This document shows positions 1 through 9,738 of a stretch of DNA of 49,170 nucleotides, one piece after another. The translations under genes and the position numbers were made by a program. The stretch is from Verrucomicrobiales bacterium (GTDB lineage Bacteria > Verrucomicrobiota > Verrucomicrobiia > Verrucomicrobiales > DEV007), in the NCBI GenBank assembly GCA_020852405.1, contig JADZAX010000575.1, forward strand, positions 1-49,170, read 5' to 3'. The number at the start of each line of letters is the position of its first letter. Positions within the stretch are counted from its first letter, which is position 1. The notes beneath the pieces are model-generated. The model was not told the DNA's origin. It was given only the letters and a program-made list of their open reading frames with translations, and made no database searches.

Positions 1-248
1 CAGCCGTCGCCATCCTGGTCCGAGGGCGGGGTGGAATACCCGTAGTAGGCGGGGTCCTCCCAAGGATCCGGCACGTAGGTGTCGTCGAAGCCGTCGCCGT
101 CGGAGTCGTAGTAATAACCGGCCTGCACCTTTGTGGGCAGAGGAGGCATGACCGAGCTGAGGAGGGCACAGAGAAGGAGCGCCCGGCCCAAGCGGGTCCG
201 CCAGCGGTTCAGTGAAAGATTATGGAAATTTGATGGGGGGGGGGGCAC
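1..248 (-). CDS. Secreted protein, 5' end only (continues past the window start). Signal peptide followed by acidic DxDGD calcium-binding-like (thrombospondin type 3-like) repeats.
   Basis: Absent from the ORF track because it has no stop in the window. My minus-strand translation: (GTG at 248) PPPPSNFHNLSLNRWRTRLGRALLLCALLSSVMPPLPTKVQAGYYYDSDGDGFDDTYVPDPWEDPAYYGYSTPPSDQDGDG. It has a basic n-region and hydrophobic core typical of a signal peptide. AGGA lies a few nt upstream of the GTG. The start is uncertain (GTG 248, CTG 212 or ATG 149). Confidence 0.45.
   Translation of the reverse strand, partial: MPPPPSNFHNLSLNRWRTRLGRALLLCALLSSVMPPLPTKVQAGYYYDSDGDGFDDTYVPDPWEDPAYYGYSTPPSDQDGDG
235..245. 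repeat. Homopolymer G11 (C11 on the minus strand)
   Basis: Counted directly: g at every position 235-245, flanked by t234 and c246. It is the longest homopolymer I noticed in the window. Confidence 0.95.
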
Positions 249-390
249 CGCGTTTCCTGGCTTTCTGGTCTGGAAGCCGAGCATGACAAAAGCGCCATGC
301 TGTGGCAACATTATTTTTACGACTGCGGGTATTTTTTCTAGCTGGACCCCAAACTCCGGCCACTGAAGGGCTAAATTAAGCTGCGGCTTC

Positions 391-615
391 ATGAGTAGGA
401 GATCAGGAAGGTGGGTCAAGGCTGACGAAGGTCCCGGCATCGGGAGCTACGACCTCCGCGGCGCGAGAAGCACGGCCATGTGGATGGACCCGGAAAGAGG
501 ACTGGTCATGGTGATCCTGGTCGAACCTTTCGACATGACCAGCGAGGAACAAAAGATCATGTATGGTTCGTTCATGAAAGCGGCGATTTCGGCCTATGGA
601 AAAGCACCACGATGA
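391..615 (+). pseudogene. Possible orphan C-terminal remnant of a serine beta-lactamase/PBP-family hydrolase
   Basis: The 74-aa ORF contains GSYDLRGARSTAMWMDPERGLVMVILVE. This resembles the C-terminal G-x-G-G...W-x-DPE...V-V-x-L strand region of beta-lactamase-family (PF00144-type) proteins. The frame is closed by TGA at 364-366 just upstream, so no N-terminal catalytic part is present. Confidence 0.3.
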
Positions 616-664
616 ATTCACCGGCTCCCTTTCCCCTCGATTCCAGTTTACTCCCCTCCACTTC

Positions 665-2905
665 ATGAAAAACCTCCTCCTCGCAAGACGCGCCCCGTTG
701 CATCGACTCCGCAAAATCATCCACATTCTCGCCCTGCTGGGTGCCGGAGTGGTGGACCGGACCCAGGCCGAAGACTGGGGCGCTTTTTCAATCATTCCCG
801 TCGGAGGTCCGTCCATGGTCCTGGAAGCGGTCAATGCCGGCACAGCGGATGGCACGGTCGTTTCGCTCGGGAAGCCTTCCGGAGCGGCCCATCAAAAATG
901 GATCATTGTTCCCAAGGCGGACGGATTCGTTTCGATCCAGCCGTCCCACCAACCGAATCTGGTGCTGGCGGTGGCGAAAGGTGCCGGAGACAACGGGACC
1001 CCGGTCGTTCTCGAACCCGAGAGTGCCCAGCCCTGGCAATTGTGGGCGCTTGCCAGACAGGAAAACGGCAGCTACCTCCTGACCCCGAAGCACGCTCCTG
1101 GAAAAGGTCTCGATGACTTCGGCGGCCAGACCGACACCGGTTCGACAGTCGATCTCTGGGAAAGCAAACCGGGCGATCGCCACCTGCAATGGTTCATCCA
1201 GCCGCTGGCCGGCAGTCCCCTGCCCGCCGCAACTGCCGGAGCTCCCTCCGCTTATGTGGCGCCGGAAATCAAACCCGGGGACATCCGTCCCGGCGAGATC
1301 AAGGAAGCCAAATTCAATCACAGCAAGATCTTTCCGGGCACCATCCGCGATGTCACCGTGTTCATCCCGGCGCAGTATGACGGCTCAAAACCAGCCTGCG
1401 TGTATGTGAAAACCGACGGCTACAATCAGCGCGAGAAATTACTGATGGAAACCATGATCGCCACCGGGGAAATGCCGGTGACCATCGGAGTCTTCGTCCG
1501 TCCCGGCACACTGCCAGCGCCGATGAAAGGCACGCTCGACCGGCGCAACCGCGACTTTGAATACGACGCCGTGAACGACAACAAGGTCCGGTTTCTAACC
1601 GAGGAATTGCTCCCGTTCGTGGCCAGGGAGTTCGGCCTGGAACTGTCGGAGGATGGCAACGACCGCTGCATGTCCGGTGGCAGCAGCGGAGGAATCGCGG
1701 CATTCGCGGCGGCCTGGAACCGCCCGGATGCCTTCAGCAGGGTGTATTGCGCGAGCGGCAGCTTTGTGGCCTTCCGCGGTGGCCATGAGTTTCCGACGAT
1801 GATTCGCAAGTTCGAGGCAAAACCGATCCGCACCTTCATGACCACCGGGATGCAGGACATGGAAAATGTGGCGGGCGATTGGTTTCTGCTCGATCAGGAG
1901 GTTGACAAGGCACTCACGTTTTCCGGCTACGACCACCAGTTCCGCATCATCGATGGAGGCCATGTCGCCGGATACATGGAAAATTACCGCGAAGGCATGG
2001 CCTACCTCTGGAAAGGCTGGCCCGACCGGGTGGAGGCAGGCCCCAGTGCGCCCCGTGCCCAGGAGATCCTGATGCCCGGGGAGGGATGGCAGCCCGTTGC
2101 CGAAGGCTTCAAGAGTACCCGAGGTCCGGCGTGCAACGCCAGCGGCGAGGTGTTTTTTGCCGACACGACGAACAACAAGATCCACCGCATCGATCTCGAC
2201 GGAAAGGTCAGCGAATTCCTCCCGGACGCCGGACAGGCGCATTGCGTCACCATCGGCGCGGACGGCACGCTTTTCACCATCTCGGAACGATCGGGGAAAC
2301 TCATGAGCTATGACGCGGCGGGGGCCCCCAAAGTCGTGCTCGAAGACATTCTCGGTCATTCGATTCTGGCCATGCCGGGCGGAGGACTCTATGTCACCAG
2401 CAATGGCGACAAGCCCAACGGGCCGGGCACCGTCTGGTTCATCAAGGATGGAAAAAAAACGCCGGTTGACTCCGGCATCAAATTCGCCACTGGAATGGCC
2501 GTTCGGCCTGACCAATGGCTGCTGTCCGTCGCTGAAGGACACTCCAAATGGGTCTATTCCTACCAAATCAAGGCGGACGGAACGCTCGCCAACAAAGAAC
2601 GATTTTTTCACCTCCACGTCGCCGACTGGGACGACGACGCGGGAGCGGAATGCGTCTGCTATTCGATCGAAGGCCGCCAGTTCATCGCCACTCGCAGCGG
2701 CATCCAAATCAGCGCCGATGATGGTCCGACCCAGGTGATCCTGCCGGTACCCGGCGGCAGTCGGGTGACGGGAGTTTGTCTCGGAGGAAAGGATTTGGAC
2801 ACTCTCTTCGCCTTTTGCGGAAACAAGATCTGGAAACGCAAGATCCGGCACCACGCGATGGGAGCGTTCACTCCCTGGACGAAGGTCTCCCCAACCTCCT
2901 TGTAG
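665..2905 (+). CDS. Secreted three-module protein: ricin-B-type lectin + putative esterase (GxSxG) + SMP-30/gluconolactonase/LRE-like beta-propeller
   Basis: ORF 596..2905. I use ATG 665, which gives the signal peptide MKNLLLARR...LALLGAGVVDRTQA. QxW-like lectin repeats: HQKWIIV, QPWQLWAL, HLQWFIQ. Esterase region: PACVYVKTDGYNQ...NRDFEYD...MSGGSSGGIAAF (GxSxG). The C-terminal half (NNKIHRIDLDGKVSEF...GLYVTSNGD...) looks like an SGL/strictosidine-synthase-type propeller. Confidence 0.85.
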   Translation: MKNLLLARRAPLHRLRKIIHILALLGAGVVDRTQAEDWGAFSIIPVGGPSMVLEAVNAGTADGTVVSLGKPSGAAHQKWIIVPKADGFVSIQPSHQPNLVLAVAKGAGDNGTPVVLEPESAQPWQLWALARQENGSYLLTPKHAPGKGLDDFGGQTDTGSTVDLWESKPGDRHLQWFIQPLAGSPLPAATAGAPSAYVAPEIKPGDIRPGEIKEAKFNHSKIFPGTIRDVTVFIPAQYDGSKPACVYVKTDGYNQREKLLMETMIATGEMPVTIGVFVRPGTLPAPMKGTLDRRNRDFEYDAVNDNKVRFLTEELLPFVAREFGLELSEDGNDRCMSGGSSGGIAAFAAAWNRPDAFSRVYCASGSFVAFRGGHEFPTMIRKFEAKPIRTFMTTGMQDMENVAGDWFLLDQEVDKALTFSGYDHQFRIIDGGHVAGYMENYREGMAYLWKGWPDRVEAGPSAPRAQEILMPGEGWQPVAEGFKSTRGPACNASGEVFFADTTNNKIHRIDLDGKVSEFLPDAGQAHCVTIGADGTLFTISERSGKLMSYDAAGAPKVVLEDILGHSILAMPGGGLYVTSNGDKPNGPGTVWFIKDGKKTPVDSGIKFATGMAVRPDQWLLSVAEGHSKWVYSYQIKADGTLANKERFFHLHVADWDDDAGAECVCYSIEGRQFIATRSGIQISADDGPTQVILPVPGGSRVTGVCLGGKDLDTLFAFCGNKIWKRKIRHHAMGAFTPWTKVSPTSL

Positions 2906-2964
2906 GCCGGCCCGCCCCAAGCCTTTGACAGCCGGGACGGTCGGTGGCCCTGATGGGCCAGGAC

Positions 2965-4227
2965 TCAGCCGGTCACCGACATCTTGAGGCCATCCATGGG
3001 CTTGGTCCCTGTCGCGAAAGATCCGGTTTCCAGACCCAGCCGTTGCAACATCGAGACGAAAAGATTGGGCAAGGGATAGTTGTTATCCGGGTCGAAGGCG
3101 AGGTGCTGACCGTGCTCGAATCCGCCTCCGGCGAAAATGATCGGCAAATTCCTGGTGTCGTGGCTGCTGGCATTGCCAAGGTTCGAGCCGAACAGCACCA
3201 TCGTGGATTCCAACAAACTGGCACTCCCGTCGCTACTTTCGGAAAGCTTTTTCAGGAAGCCGCCGAACTCACGCAGCACCACCGATTCGACGAGGGTGAG
3301 TTGCCTGATTTTGGCGGCATCAAGACCATGATGGGATAGATTGTGGTAATCCTCGTCGACGCCGGGAACGACGGGCACGGCGTTCATTCCCGTGAAGTTG
3401 TAAGTCAGGAACCGTGTGGAATCGGTTTCCAAAGACAGGTGCATGACGTCATAGATCAACCGCATTTGCTCCACGATCTTCCTGCTGTCAGGCTCGTCCT
3501 GGGGCGGTTTCACCGCAACGACCGGCTTGGGCTGGTGCTCCCATTCCTCGGCCTTGACCAGCCGCCGCTCGGCCTCACGCACGGCCTCAAAATACTGGTC
3601 GAGCTTCTCTTTGTCGCGGCCACTGAGACGACGGCCCATCGACCTGGTTTTGTCCAGGACCACATCGAGAATGCTTTGGCCGTCCCGCAGCCGCTGCAGT
3701 TGCCTGGCTTGTTCGTCCGGTTTACCGGCGACGAACATTTTCCGAAAGACCTCGGAGGGCCGGGTGATGGCCGGGATTTCCACGCCGGAACGCGACCAGG
3801 ACAATCCGGGACCACTGCTGCTCAATGAGATCGAACCAAACCGCGTCTCCGAACCCAGTTCTGCCGCCGCAAATTGATCGATCGAGATCGTGTTCCGGAA
3901 TCCGGCACTGTTCGGATGCTGGGCTCCGGTCAGGAAGGATTTGTAGGACGAGTGACCGCCTCCCACGGCCGGATGTGAGGTCCCGGAAATGACGGTGAAC
4001 TGGTCCCGGAAACCGCCGATTTCCTTGAGGTAAGGCGTCAGTTCATAGTCCTTTCCGGCAGCGGTCGGGATCATGTTCGGCGCGTGGAGTCCGAGCCCGA
4101 CATTGATCGCCACCATCCGCCTCCGGCCCTTGGCGGGTCCGGCCATGGCCGGAAGGGATTCAAGAAAGGGCAGTCCGATCGCGACACCGGCGCCGCGGAG
4201 AAAGGATCTTCGGGTGGTCATATTCAT
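2965..4227 (-). CDS. DUF1552 domain-containing protein (Tat-type signal)
   Basis: 420-aa ORF with an ATG confirmed at 4227. N-terminus MNMTTRRSFLRGAGVAIGLPFLESL is the characteristic DUF1552 start. Its start overlaps the stop of the upstream gene (ATGA). Confidence 0.9.
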   Translation of the reverse strand: MNMTTRRSFLRGAGVAIGLPFLESLPAMAGPAKGRRRMVAINVGLGLHAPNMIPTAAGKDYELTPYLKEIGGFRDQFTVISGTSHPAVGGGHSSYKSFLTGAQHPNSAGFRNTISIDQFAAAELGSETRFGSISLSSSGPGLSWSRSGVEIPAITRPSEVFRKMFVAGKPDEQARQLQRLRDGQSILDVVLDKTRSMGRRLSGRDKEKLDQYFEAVREAERRLVKAEEWEHQPKPVVAVKPPQDEPDSRKIVEQMRLIYDVMHLSLETDSTRFLTYNFTGMNAVPVVPGVDEDYHNLSHHGLDAAKIRQLTLVESVVLREFGGFLKKLSESSDGSASLLESTMVLFGSNLGNASSHDTRNLPIIFAGGGFEHGQHLAFDPDNNYPLPNLFVSMLQRLGLETGSFATGTKPMDGLKMSVTG

Positions 4228-6560
4228 GGTTTTCGAAAAGTGGCACTCCGGGTGATGGCATGGATGAGGGAACGGAAACCGTAAGCGTTCGTCCGGGCTT
4301 CACGCACGATGTCCTCAATGGCGGGACGGTCAGAAAACCCGGTCTTCCGGCCAAGCGCGTAGGTGAGGAGCTTTTGGGTCAGATTCCTCGTCAGTTGGTC
4401 GGGATCCCTGGCCAACAGGTGCTTGAATTCGCGGATATCGGTGAAGGCTTCCCCGGTCGGCAACTGCCCGGAGGAATCCACCGGCTTGCCGACCCGGTAG
4501 CGGACCCAGGCCAGAGTGAAAGGCGCCCGCGAGAGCCCGGGACGGGCCCCATTCTCAGCCATCGTCCGATACTCGGTCCGGTACCCGCCAATCGGGTCGA
4601 AGCTTTCGAGGGCAAAGCCAGGAGGATCGATTTTCGCGTGGCAACCGGCACAGGACGGGATGTTGCGGTGCTTCGCAAGCTGCTCCCGGATCGTCGTCGC
4701 TCCCCGGATATCCGGCTGGACCGAGCCCACATTATCAGGAGGCGGCGGGGGTGGTTGACCGAGGATGTTTTTCAGGACCCAGGCCCCGCGAATCACCGGT
4801 GAAGTGTTGGTGCCGTTGGCCGTCACTTTCAAAATACCGGCCTGCGTCAGAACTCCCCCCCGCAGACTGCCGGCTGGCAGCGTGACCTTGCGAAACTTCT
4901 GCCCTTCGATGCCCGGGATACCGTAATGACTAGCGAGGCGTCCATTGAGAAAGGTGAATGTGGAATCCACGAAATTCACCACGCTAAGATCCTGTGCAAG
5001 AATCTCCTGGAAAAACAACTCCGTCTCGCGGGGCATCGAGAGGTTGAGCAGTTCATCGAATTCAGGAAACAGGTTGGCATCGGGCGCGGTGAAATTGATC
5101 TCCCTCAAACCAAGCCACTGGCCGGTGAAATTTGTGGTGAAGGACGCTGCCTTGGGATCCCCGAGGAGACGTTCGACCTGGGTGTGAAGCGTCGCCGGAT
5201 TCCCGAGATCCGCCGCGCTGAGTTCGGCGTCAGGCAGGGAACTCCAGAGAAAATAGGAAAGCCTGGAGGCAAGGGCTTCCGGCTTGAGGTCCCCTTCCCC
5301 TGGTTCATCGAGAAAGAGGAACTCCGGTGACGTCAGAATGGCTTTCACACTGACGCGGAGCGCCGAGTCGAAGGATTGTCCCTCCGCACGCGCCGCCTCA
5401 AACAACTTGAGATACGATCCGGCCTCGTCCGGGTCGACGGGCCGCCGAAAGGCCCGGGGCAGCAGGCGGCGGATGATCTCCCCGGCATCCGGCGCTGCGT
5501 CGCCGAGCAATTCGGCCCGGCTTGCCGGGGGCCACTCGTCGACAGGCCCCTCGATCACCAGATCGCCGATCTCCACACCGGGGCCGGCAAAGGTGTCCGC
5601 GTCCTTGCGGGTGTCTTCCGTGCCGTAAAGCTTCGGCAGATAAGTGCCGCCGTCTTCGACTAGACGGTCGACGAATTCAATCGTGGTCCATTCGCCCGGC
5701 GGCACGTCATAGTATCCGACAAGGTGTTGCTCCCGGCGGTTCACGATGGTGTCACCTCCGTAAATCCGCATCGTCACCGGTTTGTCACTTTGAACCGCCC
5801 GGACCCGAAGGGTTCCACGGTAAGTGCCGGCCGGAGGCTTGAGGCGCGCGAAGTTGACCAGATTGGTGGGACAGTAACCGGATTGAAAGATCACCAGTCC
5901 GTCCGCGGTCCGGCGGAACATCTTGCCGATCTGGTTTTCCAACTGGGGATTTCCTTTCCAATCCACCTGTTGCAGCAAGTTCGTTTCATGCCGGATGAAG
6001 CGAGGCTTTTCAGGAGGGCCGAAAACCGCATCCAACACCTGGTCGGCCGCATGCAGATAGGCCTGCATCGCCTCGGCCGACACCGCGAGCCCCTCGCCGA
6101 CATTGTCGAATCCATTGGTCGGGGTGTCTTCCGGGAGACCGGTGATCCGGACCGCGGTCCGGAAAAGATCGCGGACCGTGTTTTCATACTCCTGTCGATT
6201 GAGGCGCCTCAGGACGACATTGGCGCGCTGCCGTTCGGAGACGGTGAGGGCTTCCGCGAGCACCTGTTCGATTCCCTTTCTCTTCGCGACCTCCGGTCGT
6301 GGCTTCTTGGACGGAGGCATTTCGCCACTGGCAATCCGGTCGTGGATCAGGATCCACCGTCGGATGGTTTCCTCATTCGAGAGGTCGGTATCCAGCGTCA
6401 CAAGATCGAGCCCGCCATCTGCGTCCCGACCTTCATGGCAATCGATGCAATGGGCTTCCAAGAACGTCCGGGACATCTCGATCACATTTGCGGCCCGTCC
6501 CGGGAGTGGGAGCATGGAGATCCAAAAGAAGAAGGCGAGGGCTGGGCGCTGCAAGAGCAT
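4224..6560 (-). CDS. DUF1592/DUF1588/DUF1585/DUF1595-family protein with CxxCH motifs (PVC-type cytochrome-like protein)
   Basis: ORF 4224..6593, but the codon at 6593 is TTG. ATG at 6560 gives MLLQRPALAFFFWISMLPLPGRAANV (signal peptide). Motifs: CIDCHEGRDADGGLDL near the N-terminus and CAGCHAKIDPPGFALESFDPIGGYR near the C-terminus. This family is the usual partner of DUF1552. Confidence 0.9.
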   Translation of the reverse strand: MLLQRPALAFFFWISMLPLPGRAANVIEMSRTFLEAHCIDCHEGRDADGGLDLVTLDTDLSNEETIRRWILIHDRIASGEMPPSKKPRPEVAKRKGIEQVLAEALTVSERQRANVVLRRLNRQEYENTVRDLFRTAVRITGLPEDTPTNGFDNVGEGLAVSAEAMQAYLHAADQVLDAVFGPPEKPRFIRHETNLLQQVDWKGNPQLENQIGKMFRRTADGLVIFQSGYCPTNLVNFARLKPPAGTYRGTLRVRAVQSDKPVTMRIYGGDTIVNRREQHLVGYYDVPPGEWTTIEFVDRLVEDGGTYLPKLYGTEDTRKDADTFAGPGVEIGDLVIEGPVDEWPPASRAELLGDAAPDAGEIIRRLLPRAFRRPVDPDEAGSYLKLFEAARAEGQSFDSALRVSVKAILTSPEFLFLDEPGEGDLKPEALASRLSYFLWSSLPDAELSAADLGNPATLHTQVERLLGDPKAASFTTNFTGQWLGLREINFTAPDANLFPEFDELLNLSMPRETELFFQEILAQDLSVVNFVDSTFTFLNGRLASHYGIPGIEGQKFRKVTLPAGSLRGGVLTQAGILKVTANGTNTSPVIRGAWVLKNILGQPPPPPPDNVGSVQPDIRGATTIREQLAKHRNIPSCAGCHAKIDPPGFALESFDPIGGYRTEYRTMAENGARPGLSRAPFTLAWVRYRVGKPVDSSGQLPTGEAFTDIREFKHLLARDPDQLTRNLTQKLLTYALGRKTGFSDRPAIEDIVREARTNAYGFRSLIHAITRSATFRKP

Positions 6561-6700
6561 CGGGGATGGGTCTTGAAAGAGGTAGGAGAGCAACGGCTGA
6601 TTTTAGAGACAGTCTGAAGCTTTGACAACCCTTGTCCCTAAAGAGGGCATGGATTCTGTCGGAGAGCAGGTGCGGGGAGGATCCCCCCTTTCCATGACAA

Positions 6701-9559
6701 TCATGGTGGCGGAGAAGGAGGATCCAAGGACAGGCCCATCCGTTGGCCCAAGGCCAGCAACTCTTGGTGCAGGCGGTCGAATGCCTCCCTGAGAGCCGGA
6801 ACGGCCTGAAGCGCGGCAGCCAGATGCCCCTCCCGCGCCTGTTGGTCGATCTCCGTCACCCTCGCCAACACTTGATCGGCGCAATAGTTGGCCAGGGTTC
6901 CTTTCAGCGCATGCGCTTCACGGTGCAGGATCCCGGCATCATCGCCCGTTCCCACGGCTTCGATGCGGGCCATCTGTTCAGTGCATTCCTCCCCAAAAAG
7001 GCGGATGAGCTCCGTCGCCAATCCGTCAGCGGCATTCTGCTTCAGGAAAAGCTCCGCGTCGAAAATTTCCCGCACTCCCCTCTCCGTCCCAGCCGCAGAG
7101 CCGGGGCCCCCGACTGGTTGGCGACCGGGATCTTCCTCCGTTGCCAGAGTCCGGTCGACGATCGTGTCCAGAATGCGGAAAAGGTCACCTGACCGGACCG
7201 GTTTCGAAAGGTAATCATCCATGCCCATGGCGAGACACTTTTCGCGATCACCGGACATCGCATTGGCGGTCATCGCCACAATGGGAATAAGGCCCTTCTT
7301 GACGCCCTGTTTCTCGATCTCTCGAATCCGTTTCGTCGCCTCGAATCCATCCATCTCCGGCATCTGCACGTCCATCAGGATCACGTCGAACCCGCCCTTC
7401 ATGAAAGCGTTCAGAACCCCATTCCCGGTGGTCACCAGGGTAACCCGGTGCCCGCGGCTCTCGAGGAGCCGGGTGGCCACCAAGCCATTGACTTTGCCAT
7501 CTTCCGCCAACAGAATTTTCAAAGGTTCGGCCTCTCGCGTTGCCTGATCGAAAGACTGCTGAGAAGCATTGTCGGGGGCCGGAGGCGGGAGTGACAGAGT
7601 TGGTTGTGACTCACCGCAGATCCGGATGATCGCATGGAGCAGATCGTAGGGCTTGACAGGTTTGGTCAGGACCTGACTAATGCCCAGGTCATCGAGTTCA
7701 CCCGTATCCGGGAGATGTCCCGCCGGGGCGAGCAGCAAGATTTTTGGAGCACCGGAACCAAATCGGGAACGCACCCTCCGCGCCACCTCCAAACCATCCA
7801 TGCCGGGCATCATGAGATCGAGGAGAACCAAACTCACGGCAGAGGAGCCATCACCTGAGTCACCGGCTCCGCTGAGCACCTCCATCGCATCCTCCCCGCT
7901 GCCGGACACCAGGGGCTCCAACTGCCAGCTTAGCAGCATGTCATGCAGAATGTCCCGGTTCGTCTGGTGATCCTCGACCACAAGAACACGGCGGCCGCGC
8001 AGTTGAGCGGGCACTGTCCGCGATTCGGTCTCCGGCTTGATGATTGAAGCAAAGCGGGTTGTGAAATGGAAGTGACTCCCTTTTCCGGGTTCGCTTTCCA
8101 GCCAAATCTTCCCCCCCATCAGATGGACCAACTGTGCCGCGATCGCCAATCCCAGTCCCGTGCCTCCATAGGTGCGGGTCGTCGAGCTTTCCGCCTGGGT
8201 GAAGGAGTCAAAAACAGCCCGCTGCTTTTCCGGAGCAATCCCGATGCCGGTGTCACTGACCGTCACCCGCAGCTTGATTTGTCCGGCGGATTTGGAATCC
8301 ACCTGAACGTCGACGAGGACCTCTCCTTCGTGGGTGAACTTGATGGCGTTCCCCACCAGATTGACGAGAATCTGGCGGAACCTTCCCTCATCCCCGCAGA
8401 GCTGATCGGGGACTTCCGGGCCGATCCTCCAAACCAGCTCCAGCCCCTGCTCGACAGCGCGCAGTGCCATTCCCTGCAAAGTGTCCCCCATCGAATCACG
8501 GAGTGAGAACTTCTGGCTGTGCAGCTCGAGCTTGCCGGCCTCAATTTTGGAGAAGTCGAGAATGTCATTGAGCACGGTGAGCAGAGACTCGGAGGAATGC
8601 AGCACCAGTTTCTGGTATTCCCGCTGCTGTGGGTTCAGGTCGGTGCCGAGCAACAATTCCGTCAGGCCAATCACCCCGTTCATCGGAGTGCGGATCTCGT
8701 GGCTCATGTTCGCGAGAAACTCGCTTTTCGCCTTGTTCGCCTGCTCGGCGGCTTCCTTGGCTTCCCGCAGGATGACCTCAGTAAGACGCCGCTCGGCCAG
8801 GCTCGCCCGCATCATGGTGATGATCGCCATCGACGAAAAGGCGAAGGTCGCGATCACTGACAGAAAATTGATCACCCCTAATCGAGCGCGTTTGATCGCC
8901 GCCACCCAGTTGTCCGCCGGGAAATCCACCCCGAGGACAGCTTCCACACGGCCTTGGTCATCCAACATCGGAACAAAAGCACTGACCCACGTTCCCCAAC
9001 GGTCCGTGTAAATAGAATCATCGAAGCTCGCCTCACCCCGGTAGGCGGCATCGAGATACTCACTTTGATCGGCCCAGAGCTCCCCGATCGGAGTGCGGCT
9101 CTCCCGGTCGCCATCATAGACGCCGTTGTGGTCATAGTCGGTTTCCGAGTCGACCACCAACTGGTTGCCCCCGGGGTGTTGGCGAAAGGTGTAGATGTCC
9201 GCCACGGCGTCATTCAGCTTGAGCCAGCGGATCTGTTTTTCGATCATCGCGAGATACCGCGGATCGTCAGGCTTGATTTCCAACGTGATAGAAGCGTGCC
9301 CCATCGACTTCAACTCTTCCGCATAGGTCGGCGCGAGGCCGGAAATGAGGGCGCGCTGACGATTTTTCTCGCTCTTGCCGGCCGCGTTCACCACGAACCA
9401 GCCGGGCACCATAATGACCGCCAACAAGAGCCAGCCAACCAGAAAGATCCTGCTGAACCGGGCGTAAAGACGCATCCAATATGCCAGCGCGGTCATCACG
9501 AGGAGGCAAATCACCGTGAAACACACGAAATCGATTTGTGCTGTATGAGCTTCCACCAT
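6701..9559 (-). CDS. Hybrid sensor histidine kinase/response regulator (periplasmic Cache-like sensor, HisKA, HATPase, two REC domains, HPt)
   Basis: ORF 6701..9595, where the first codon is TTG. ATG at 9559 starts [12 protein letters not shown]-box [10 protein letters not shown]. ATPase boxes [28 protein letters not shown] aspartates in [11 protein letters not shown] and [13 protein letters not shown]-terminal HPt motif [12 protein letters not shown] segments flank a roughly 180-aa extracytoplasmic domain. Confidence 0.9.
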   Translation of the reverse strand: MVEAHTAQIDFVCFTVICLLVMTALAYWMRLYARFSRIFLVGWLLLAVIMVPGWFVVNAAGKSEKNRQRALISGLAPTYAEELKSMGHASITLEIKPDDPRYLAMIEKQIRWLKLNDAVADIYTFRQHPGGNQLVVDSETDYDHNGVYDGDRESRTPIGELWADQSEYLDAAYRGEASFDDSIYTDRWGTWVSAFVPMLDDQGRVEAVLGVDFPADNWVAAIKRARLGVINFLSVIATFAFSSMAIITMMRASLAERRLTEVILREAKEAAEQANKAKSEFLANMSHEIRTPMNGVIGLTELLLGTDLNPQQREYQKLVLHSSESLLTVLNDILDFSKIEAGKLELHSQKFSLRDSMGDTLQGMALRAVEQGLELVWRIGPEVPDQLCGDEGRFRQILVNLVGNAIKFTHEGEVLVDVQVDSKSAGQIKLRVTVSDTGIGIAPEKQRAVFDSFTQAESSTTRTYGGTGLGLAIAAQLVHLMGGKIWLESEPGKGSHFHFTTRFASIIKPETESRTVPAQLRGRRVLVVEDHQTNRDILHDMLLSWQLEPLVSGSGEDAMEVLSGAGDSGDGSSAVSLVLLDLMMPGMDGLEVARRVRSRFGSGAPKILLLAPAGHLPDTGELDDLGISQVLTKPVKPYDLLHAIIRICGESQPTLSLPPPAPDNASQQSFDQATREAEPLKILLAEDGKVNGLVATRLLESRGHRVTLVTTGNGVLNAFMKGGFDVILMDVQMPEMDGFEATKRIREIEKQGVKKGLIPIVAMTANAMSGDREKCLAMGMDDYLSKPVRSGDLFRILDTIVDRTLATEEDPGRQPVGGPGSAAGTERGVREIFDAELFLKQNAADGLATELIRLFGEECTEQMARIEAVGTGDDAGILHREAHALKGTLANYCADQVLARVTEIDQQAREGHLAAALQAVPALREAFDRLHQELLALGQRMGLSLDPPSPPP

Positions 9560-9738
9560 CAGACCCAATGCCGCCGGCAAGGTTGCACCTCCCAAGCAAT
9601 TGCCAGCAGACTAAAAGAAACCGATGCTCTGTTCAATCACTTACTGGCCGCCAGGTTCCATCGTCAAACCTCTCTGAAGATGCCGTGCGGAACCTTTCAT
9701 TGGGGGGACTTTTGGGGTATTCTCGGCTTTTGCACCCC

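Noticed and set aside
133-366. 77-aa plus-strand ORF crossing the G11 tract
   Set aside because: It is antisense to the signal-peptide-encoding 5' end of the minus-strand gene. Its translation (…KFDGGGGTAFPG…) has no features of a real protein.
1595-2920. 441-aa minus-strand ORF antisense to the lectin-esterase gene. Similar long shadow ORFs occur at 5724..6617(+), 11880..13346(+), 14212..15054(-), 16805..17710(-), 39978..41210(-), 41232..42608(-) and 47710..49161(-).
   Set aside because: All lie fully opposite genes with clear domain motifs. Their translations are Arg/Gly/Pro/Ala-rich with no recognisable motif. Long stop-free antisense frames are expected in GC-rich DNA.
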